Positions 56,644 to 64,000 of a stretch of 64,000 nucleotides of DNA are shown here, one piece after another. This DNA is from Candidatus Poribacteria bacterium (GTDB taxonomy: Bacteria > Poribacteria > WGA-4E > WGA-3G). Below the pieces are notes generated by a model. It had not been told where the DNA came from, made no database searches, and was given only the letters and a program-made list of their open reading frames with translations. How positions within the stretch are numbered: the first letter of the stretch is position 1; every line of letters begins with the position of its first letter. The stretch covers positions 1,312,001 to 1,376,000 of the forward strand of contig CAXXUA010000005.1 of assembly GCA_963663765.2 (NCBI GenBank), given 5' to 3'. The translations under genes and the position numbers were made by a program.

Positions 56644-57117
56644 TAATACCAATTCAAATAAATCTTGTCTCATTAAGGAATTCTACTGTTTACTGGCAGG
56701 GGGTTACTCTCTTCGGTAGGAGCGACCTCCCGGTCGCGACCGTGATGTCGCTCCTACCAGATTTCCGCTGCTAATGAGACATTATCACATGAAAATGGTA
56801 TAATACCAATTCAAATAAATCTTGTCTCATTAAGGAATTCTACTGTTTACTGGCAGGGAGTTACTCTCTTCGGTAGGAGCGACCTCCCGGTCGCGACCGT
56901 GATGTCGCTCCTACCAGATTTCCGCTGCTAATGAGACATTATCACATGAAAATGGTATAATACCAATTCAAATAAATCTTGTCTCATTAAGGAATTCTAC
57001 TGTTTACTGGCAGGGGGTTACTCTCTTCGGTAGGAGCGACCTCCCGGTCGCGACCGTGATGTCGCTCCTACCAGATTTCCGCTGCTAATGAGACATTATC
57101 ACAAGAAAAGGGTATAA
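56644..57117. repeat. Head-to-tail array of 3 x 157 bp MITE-like units
   Basis: Units start at 56644, 56801 and 56958; each has TACCA...TGTCTCATTA/TAATGAGACA...GGTA ends and a GGTAGGAGCGAC...GTCGCTCCTACC core. Confidence 0.95.
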
Positions 57118-57279
57118 TTAGAATTAGTTTACACAGTAGTGATCCGTAGGAAATTTACAGTTAGTAAGATATACTCTTTCAAATATCTATATTAACGAGT
57201 TGTGCTAAATAATTATATGTTAATCATTGTTTCACATAAGCATGACGTTTTGCAGGTGTCCTTCATAGTTTGAAACGAT

Positions 57280-57540
57280 CTTCAGTCCCGACAAATGCCA
57301 TACGGGGAATGCCTAAATGGCATTCATACCGTTGATTTGGCGCATTTGGCGTTGATTTGGTAGGGACGATATGTTTATAGAAAAACGTCATAGTACATCC
57401 TCTTTAGTCCCGCCAAATGCCATACGGGGAATGCCTAAATGGCATTCATACCGTTGATTTGGTAGGGACGATATGTGTGCATTATAAACCTAATATATGT
57501 AAAACTTTGTTAACAATAGGTTAACTGGTACAAGTCGTAT
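57280..57540. repeat. Two family C palindromes, each interrupted by F-type inserts
   Basis: AGTCCCG[insert]TAGGGACGATATG occurs twice; intact form at 48055-48075 and 48108-48128. Confidence 0.8.
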
Positions 57541-57860
57541 TCTTTGTATCACTCCATTTATTTAAAACTTTGTTTGACTATACCAGATGGGTTTTTCCTA
57601 TCGTTGAATACCGACACACAACACATGCAGTCGGTAAACATCGTTTTGTATTGGGAAGTTTATTTTTAGGAGTGTTGGCTAATTTTGTCTATGATCTGAT
57701 AAAAGTAATACTCTAAAAGACTGAAACTTATTGGTTTTTTTGAACTATCTTTTGTAGAATGACCTTGCAAAAAACTTGATTTTCACGGCAAGGTGTGGTA
57801 TACTTTTAAGAGATACATGCCCTTTTTTTGAGCACGGATAGGAAAGAAGCAAGGAGACAC

Positions 57861-58925
57861 ATGCCAACACCTGGGAGCGAACCAGCACCAACGAAAGACC
57901 TCGTCACCGCATATCTCAAGGAAGTTAAAGCAAGAGTAGATGCATGTATCTTTGACTTTCTCCCTACCACCCATGAACACCAAGACGTACATCAATTATA
58001 TCAAATGATGTTAGATTATCCACGTCGCGCTGGAAAAGGATTGAGGCCGGCACTATGTCTACTTATCTGTGAAGCGTTCGGTGGAAATGCGGAACGTGCG
58101 GTAAATACCGCTGCTGCACTTGAACTGCTACAGAATTGGCTATTGATACACGACGATATTGAGGATGGTTCTGAACTCCGACGTGGTAAACCATGCCTTC
58201 ATCAAATGCACGGTATCCCCATGGCGATTAATGTTGGAGACGCACTACATTGCAAGATGTGGGAGATGCTACACAGAAACACCGAAATCCTTGGACACAA
58301 ACTTGCATTCCAGATCCTATCCGAATTCATACAACTAAGCAACCAAGTCGTTGAAGGACAACACATTGAACTCAGTTGGGTTCGCGATAACCAATGGAAC
58401 ATAGACAAAGACGATTACTGGACAATGTGTATTCAAAAAACGGCATGGTATACATGTATCACCCCATGTCGTGTCGGAGCAATCATCGGTGGAGCATCTG
58501 CTGAGGAGACCGATATATTTATTGATATAGGAAAGTCTGTCGGAGTCGCATTCCAAATTCAGGATGATGTACTCAATCTAATTGGTGACCTCGGTAGATA
58601 CGGTAAAGAGATCGCTGGCGACATCAGTGAAGGCAAACGCACACTTGTCCTCATTCATCTGTTTAATGCATGCACAGCAAAAGAGGCACAAAACGTAATT
58701 GACATCATGGCACGCCCCCGTACTGAAAAAACTGAAGCAGAGGTACAAAGTGTCTTGCACCTGATGCATAAATATAACTCTATTCAATACGCACAAAACT
58801 GCTCTAAAAAGTTGCTCAAAGAAGCATCAGAAAAGTTCATTCAGAATTTTGCCCACCTGCCAGATAATAGGGCAAAGCATCTGTTTTTATCCCTAATTCA
58901 CTTTTTCGTTGATCGAGAATATTAG
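57861..58925 (+). CDS. Polyprenyl diphosphate synthase (GGPP synthase-like)
   Basis: GKGLRP, LIHDDIED..ELRRG, EGQ, KTA, FQIQDD, DISEGKRT. Confidence 0.92.
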   Translation: MPTPGSEPAPTKDLVTAYLKEVKARVDACIFDFLPTTHEHQDVHQLYQMMLDYPRRAGKGLRPALCLLICEAFGGNAERAVNTAAALELLQNWLLIHDDIEDGSELRRGKPCLHQMHGIPMAINVGDALHCKMWEMLHRNTEILGHKLAFQILSEFIQLSNQVVEGQHIELSWVRDNQWNIDKDDYWTMCIQKTAWYTCITPCRVGAIIGGASAEETDIFIDIGKSVGVAFQIQDDVLNLIGDLGRYGKEIAGDISEGKRTLVLIHLFNACTAKEAQNVIDIMARPRTEKTEAEVQSVLHLMHKYNSIQYAQNCSKKLLKEASEKFIQNFAHLPDNRAKHLFLSLIHFFVDREY

Positions 58926-58942
58926 TAAGGAGACGCAATATA

Positions 58943-60013
58943 ATGGCTATAACAGCTATTTCCTCTGGAAAATTACGAGGACTCATGAAACTTGCCGATG
59001 AAAGTGGTCGGTTTAAAATGATGGCGATTGACCAACGCGGGTCTATGGTAACCGCGCTCGCCGAAACCCTCGGTATTGACAAGCCACAAGTAAAATATGA
59101 TCAGGTGGCATCGTTAAAGACGTTAATTACAAGAATACTTTCACCAAATGCGACTGCGGTCCTGACTGACCCTATTTACGGACACCCATTTTCTGTTACA
59201 GAAATTCCACGAGAGGTCGCTCTACTTTTGGCGTATGAAGAATCCGGTTATGTAAGTGAAGGTGTCAGTGAAAATGAAAGGCTTTCTAAACCGATTGCCA
59301 ACTGGACAATTGGGAAGGCACAGCGCGCGGGTGCAGATGCAATTAAGCTGCTCGCTTATTATCATCCTGATGCTTCAGAAGCTACCTTAAAACATCAGCA
59401 GACTTTTGTCCGTCATGTTGGCGATGAATGTGAAAAACATGACCTGCCGTTCCTGCTTGAACTTGTCAGTTATGCTTTTGAAGGTACAACGAAAAGCGTA
59501 GAGTTTGCAAAACAGAAACCGGACTTGGTTATACGTAGCGTTCAAGAATTTACCGACCCGTCCTATAAAGTTGATATTTTAAAGTTAGAATTTCCTGCGG
59601 ATCTAAAATATACCACAGAATATGAGGATCGTGCCTTCTATGCGGGTGAATCTGCATACAACTTGAGCGAAGTTGTAGATGTCTGCAGAAAATTAGATAA
59701 GGCTTCAACATTACCATGGGTCATATTGAGTGCCGGGGTAGATATTGAGGAGTTTATTGAAAATGTCAAACTCGCTACCGCTGCGGGTGCAAGTGGATTC
59801 CTATGTGGACGGGCTATCTGGAAAAATGTATTTCAATCTTATCCAGATTCTGCATCAGTTATACAGTTCCTTGAGAATGAAGCGACAACAAATTTCCACA
59901 ATGCAAACGCCGCTGCAGAAAATGCGCTACCTTGGTTTGAGCATCGTCACTATGGAGGTGCAGAAAATATACAGCTTGAAAAACAATCCGAGAACTGGCA
60001 CCAAGAATATTAA
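58943..60013 (+). CDS. Tagatose-1,6-diphosphate aldolase-like class I aldolase (LacD/YihT family)
   Basis: MAIDQRGS, DILKLEFP, WVILSAGV, SGFLCGRAIW. Confidence 0.88.
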   Translation: MAITAISSGKLRGLMKLADESGRFKMMAIDQRGSMVTALAETLGIDKPQVKYDQVASLKTLITRILSPNATAVLTDPIYGHPFSVTEIPREVALLLAYEESGYVSEGVSENERLSKPIANWTIGKAQRAGADAIKLLAYYHPDASEATLKHQQTFVRHVGDECEKHDLPFLLELVSYAFEGTTKSVEFAKQKPDLVIRSVQEFTDPSYKVDILKLEFPADLKYTTEYEDRAFYAGESAYNLSEVVDVCRKLDKASTLPWVILSAGVDIEEFIENVKLATAAGASGFLCGRAIWKNVFQSYPDSASVIQFLENEATTNFHNANAAAENALPWFEHRHYGGAENIQLEKQSENWHQEY

Positions 60014-60034
60014 GAAACGGAAGTTCAATTTGTC

Positions 60035-60514
60035 TTACTTAAGCACTAAATCTATTTTCTTATGAATTTTGCGTGCAATCTCAAGAGTTGTCTCAACGGG
60101 AACTTGCCCACCAATTTCGGCAACTAACACAACGACGGTCTCTCGAACGAAAAGCCAATTCGCACCCGCATTCCACAGGGAATCTCCGAGTGAAACCTTA
60201 TCTTGAGATACCGGTTGATAAGCAGATTCATGTCCACCGAATTTTGAGATGGTTCGTGCAGACAATCTTAGACGTCCTTCATCTGCTGCAGTATACGCGT
60301 CATCAGATGATTCAAAAAACCAATAATTCAGCACAACTTGTTCGGCAGGGGCATTGTTTAACCACCAACGGTCCCGCCAACCAAAAAGTGCAACCGGTTT
60401 CGCAGGTGCGGTTGGTGAATAGAGTTCTTGTGAAGAACTTAACCAAGCAGAATATGCTGACAAGTCCGTTGCAGTTAACTGTATAGATTCCAATGTAATG
60501 TTCATAATGCACAT
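60035..60514 (-). CDS. Hypothetical protein
   Basis: Fills the gap between the flanking genes; protein-like composition; no motif recognised. Confidence 0.55.
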   Translation of the reverse strand: MCIMNITLESIQLTATDLSAYSAWLSSSQELYSPTAPAKPVALFGWRDRWWLNNAPAEQVVLNYWFFESSDDAYTAADEGRLRLSARTISKFGGHESAYQPVSQDKVSLGDSLWNAGANWLFVRETVVVLVAEIGGQVPVETTLEIARKIHKKIDLVLK

Positions 60515-60642
60515 GATACCATGTGCAAGACAGAATTTCTAATTAAAATCTCATATTTATTAAACATTTTCCACCTAAATAGCAACTAATATGAAAAGTC
60601 TTGGCGTATTCAGAAAAATGCGTTTATTTTATCAGAGTAAAT

Positions 60643-61851
60643 ATGAAAATTCTTTCACGTTATTGTCTTAGAGAATTCATTCCACCATTTTTGATTTCAC
60701 TTATCTGTTTTACATTTATCATCCTTTTTGATGAACTATTTCGTCTTATCAAACTCTTTGTCAAGAAAGGAGTAAGTCCTCTTTATCTCATTGAATCCCT
60801 GTTATATGTGATGCCAGCGACGGTTGTTCTGTCTATTCCAATGGCAGCGTTAGTCGCAATCCTACTGTCTTTAGGACGCCTTTCTACGGATTCAGAGATC
60901 ATGGCAATGCGTGCCCATGGAGTCGGTTTACATCAATTGATGGTTCCTCTCCTGTGTGCCACTGTATTACTCAGTGTTGTTGACTTAGCCATCATTGAAT
61001 ATGTGCTGCCAAAAGCCACACTTGCTTCTGTCTCGCTCAAACGCGATATACAAAAACATAATCCAGCCCTCATTTTGGAAGAAGACACAATCATGAAGGA
61101 ACTTGAGTCTAAAGGCAAACTCTGGATGTTTGAATCCACAGATCCCAAAACAGGTAACCTACAGAATGTGAAAATCTGGGATGAAATTCGACAAGGACAA
61201 CCACGTTTGACGCTTGCAAAATACGCAACACTCGGGTTTGAAAATGGAAATGCAAAGTTGACGCTTTACAATGGACACACCTATGAACCACAAACTGACG
61301 GTTCACACGGTTTTAGAATTACCGAATTTCAGGAACAGCAGCTTGCATTGGATTTCATGCAAGACCTACAACGGGGTGAATATAAATCACAGCATCCACA
61401 AACAATGCGTGTCGTTGAACTAAAAACCCATATTGGTACCTTGCAGACAACACTAAACAAAAGACCGGACACACCATCTGAATACACACTAAACAGGCTC
61501 CGTTATGCTAAAGTGGAATACTATAAGAAGTTTGCTCTCCCATTTGCTTGCATGGCATTTGGAATCATCGGTATACCTCTTGGCTTGATGGTGAAAAAAA
61601 ACGGTAAAATGATCGGTTTTGGTATCGGATTAGCTGTCATACTGTTATACTACCTACTCCTTCAGATCGGACAAAATAGCGGTCTAAACGGCACAGTACA
61701 TCCTGCCTTTGCTATGTGGTTTCCGAATCTTGTCGTTGGTGTCGTGGGAATCGGACTCATGACAAAGATGTTTGGTGAAGGTAGACTAAGGAAATGGCGG
61801 AGTACTGATAGAAAAATAACCATCTTTGTCAATAGAAACGCAGAATCTTAA
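60643..61851 (+). CDS. lptF: LPS export ABC transporter permease, LptF-like
   Basis: ILSRYCLREF..PF, GRLSTDSEIMAMRAHGV, KFALPFAC, W.PN. Confidence 0.8.
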   Translation: MKILSRYCLREFIPPFLISLICFTFIILFDELFRLIKLFVKKGVSPLYLIESLLYVMPATVVLSIPMAALVAILLSLGRLSTDSEIMAMRAHGVGLHQLMVPLLCATVLLSVVDLAIIEYVLPKATLASVSLKRDIQKHNPALILEEDTIMKELESKGKLWMFESTDPKTGNLQNVKIWDEIRQGQPRLTLAKYATLGFENGNAKLTLYNGHTYEPQTDGSHGFRITEFQEQQLALDFMQDLQRGEYKSQHPQTMRVVELKTHIGTLQTTLNKRPDTPSEYTLNRLRYAKVEYYKKFALPFACMAFGIIGIPLGLMVKKNGKMIGFGIGLAVILLYYLLLQIGQNSGLNGTVHPAFAMWFPNLVVGVVGIGLMTKMFGEGRLRKWRSTDRKITIFVNRNAES

Positions 61852-61875
61852 TTTTGGCAACTCAGGAAAACACAC

Positions 61876-62937
61876 TTGAACATATTAGATCGGTATCTAC
61901 TCAAAGAATATATCAAGACTTTTATTGTCGGTTTCATCTTCTTTAGTGCACTCGTTGTCATTGTTCGTTTATTAGATAAAGACATCAAACACTTTGAGGA
62001 AAATATCACCTATCTAACGGCATTAAAAATTGTCCTCTACCAAGCCCCTCGCAGAATCATGGAGATCGTACCTGTATCAGGCTTCGTTGCTATCTTCTTC
62101 GTACTTGGAAAAATGGTACGAAACAACGAATTTATCGCAATGAAAGCCGGAGGGCTTAGTGTCTACCGAATCCTAACACCTGTCCTGATTGTAACACTGT
62201 TAGTTTGTGTATGCTTTGCCTTTTTCTATAACCGAATTGCATCCCCCGCTTATCATCAAGCAAATCTATTACAGAAAAAAGTTGGTTCTAAGTATAGAAG
62301 ACACCTTGTGTTTAAAGGAAAGGGTGAACGGGTTTTTTATTCACATAGTATTAACTTAGAGAAAAAAAACATATATAAAATGACAATATGGGAATCGGAC
62401 GAGATGGGTCAACTCAAACGGATTATCTATGCAAAGAACGCCACCTGGACACCAATACACTGGCAGTTGTCCAACGGAGATATACGTCGCTTTGAAAACG
62501 ACATTGAAGTTTCTTATGAAACCTTTGAAGAGAAGTCATTAGAAAGGTATGAAGACCCGAAACGATTCATCGGCAGTGACAAAGATCCGCGCGCCATGAC
62601 TATTAAGGAACTTAGAGACCAAATCGCCTATAAAAAGGCTGCTGGACAGATTGCGCGTATTGAACATGTGAAATTGCATCACAAAATCGCGTATCCGTTT
62701 GCTGCTGTTGTTGTTGTTTTATTAGGTGCACCAATTGCGATTCGCTTTGGGAAAGCTGGGTTCTTTGCGGGGTTAGTTATTGCTTTCTTCCTCGTCTTCA
62801 TATATTGGGCTCTCTCTTTTGCCACGCTTGAAGGGCTTAGCGAAAATGGAAAACTTCATCCGTTCTTAGCGTGTTGGGGAGCAAACATTCTTTACGGTAT
62901 TATCGGAAGCATCCTTTTATGGCACACGCCTAAATAG
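61876..62937 (+). CDS. lptG: LPS export ABC transporter permease, LptG-like
   Basis: ILDRYLLKE, NNEFIAMKAGGLS..RI..P, KIAYPF; follows lptF. Confidence 0.8.
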   Translation: MNILDRYLLKEYIKTFIVGFIFFSALVVIVRLLDKDIKHFEENITYLTALKIVLYQAPRRIMEIVPVSGFVAIFFVLGKMVRNNEFIAMKAGGLSVYRILTPVLIVTLLVCVCFAFFYNRIASPAYHQANLLQKKVGSKYRRHLVFKGKGERVFYSHSINLEKKNIYKMTIWESDEMGQLKRIIYAKNATWTPIHWQLSNGDIRRFENDIEVSYETFEEKSLERYEDPKRFIGSDKDPRAMTIKELRDQIAYKKAAGQIARIEHVKLHHKIAYPFAAVVVVLLGAPIAIRFGKAGFFAGLVIAFFLVFIYWALSFATLEGLSENGKLHPFLACWGANILYGIIGSILLWHTPK

Positions 62938-62994
62938 TGCTATCTTCATTCATATTTTGTTGATCAGACAAAAAACTACGCGAAGCCTATAATC

Positions 62995-63570
62995 ATGTCC
63001 TCAAAACTTGGAAATTTCTTTTTCAAAATCCGTAGTTTCACCCCTGTACCATTCATTCTTGCGTTACTCTATTATGCAAAACCTATTTTTGAAACCGCAC
63101 TTGTAGGTATTTTATTTGTCGTTATCGGTGAATTTCTGCGTATATGGGCAGTGGGATATGCGGGAGGTGCCACACGTGCGACATCCCTCGGTGCTGCGCG
63201 CGACCTTGTAACAACAGGTCCTTATAGTTATGTCCGTAACCCGTTGTATCTCGGCAACCTTCTGCTGAGTCTCGGAATATGCATTTTCGCAAATGTGCTT
63301 TGGTTAATTCCAATTCTAATCGTTGGCTATCTTATACAGTATCTTCCCATCATCACTGTAGAAGAGGTGTATTTATTAGCATCATGTGGTCCTACTTATC
63401 AGACTTATCAAGAACAGGTTCCGCGTTTCCTCCCTCAAATCCAACCTTACCCAAATCAATCAGATCACGACTTTTCTTGGACACGTGCTATCAATAGTGA
63501 AAAACGCACATTGACAGCGATTGTCTGCGTCATTGCCTTGATTTTCACCCGGCAGCTTATTTCAATTTGA
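62995..63570 (+). CDS. Isoprenylcysteine carboxyl methyltransferase/PEMT-family membrane protein
   Basis: LRIWA, LVTTGPYSYVRNPLYLG, EE..L, Y..Y...VPRFLP. Confidence 0.85.
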   Translation: MSSKLGNFFFKIRSFTPVPFILALLYYAKPIFETALVGILFVVIGEFLRIWAVGYAGGATRATSLGAARDLVTTGPYSYVRNPLYLGNLLLSLGICIFANVLWLIPILIVGYLIQYLPIITVEEVYLLASCGPTYQTYQEQVPRFLPQIQPYPNQSDHDFSWTRAINSEKRTLTAIVCVIALIFTRQLISI

Positions 63571-63827
63571 TGTCCAACGTGTTAGTGATGTAAATAATTT
63601 GAGGGTGTTAACTAATTGGGCAACTTTTCATGATATCCTCCGATAGAAGTGAGTTATTATCATGGAGGATATAGGGTGTCAGCACATAGTCAAAAAAAAC
63701 TAAATTATATCAGGATTATTCAGTTTTGAGAGTTTTCTGTTCTTGAGATTTACTGAAAGTTAATACACGTGTTCGGTTTCCTAACCGAACACTACGCATC
63801 AGTTTTAGATTGTTGAACCATGAACAT

Positions 63828-64000
63828 CGCTCTTTAGTCCCTAATGAAGATTAAAAAATACTTTGGGTAATTCTACTAATCCGTCTACGGTAGGCGGGGA
63901 ATGCCTAAATGGCATTCATACCGTTGATTTGGTGGTTTGTCCGCGCACCCCCCAACTGCAGGCGTGCTTTGTCCGCGCCCCCCCTCCTGTCCCCCACCTG
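63828..64000. mobile_element. Left part of another C > K > B > F composite, cut by the window edge
   Basis: TAGTCCC-TAATGAAGATT, GGTAGGCG[F]TGGTTTGT; same order as 42258-42400. Confidence 0.7.

Noticed and set aside
56644-57117. CRISPR or guide-RNA array
   Set aside because: Units are almost identical with no variable spacer, have MITE-like ends, and no adjacent nuclease gene is recognisable.

Overview
Chromosomal window from a low-GC diderm bacterium, probably Candidatus Poribacteria. That call is an inference from LptF/G, an outer-membrane barrel, two PhyH dioxygenases, Uma2 paralogues and a secreted protein ending in VDPTGKVSVVWGELK. The backbone is housekeeping: lpdA, metK-ahcY-pfkB, rpsA, der, aspS, nrdJ, T-box-controlled ilvBNC, purD, a polyprenyl synthase, a lacD-like aldolase and lptFG. 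Several small toxin/defence-like modules are interspersed: ParA+HEPN, ABC-ATPase+PIN, HTH-IrrE(-antitoxin tail)+MazF, an AAA-PD(D/E)XK fusion, and three tandem Uma2 genes. The most striking non-genic signal is that most longer intergenic gaps hold nested palindromic elements from about ten families: GTAG/GTGG-type REP hairpins inside TIR-bounded shells. One is a 35-44 nt element that repeatedly inserts right after a CG inside other repeats, with no target duplication. No transposase, rRNA, tRNA or CRISPR array was seen. Several core proteins carry large inserted or appended domains (AspRS, S1, AI-2E and DAACS transporters). All family assignments come from motif recognition by eye, not from database searches.
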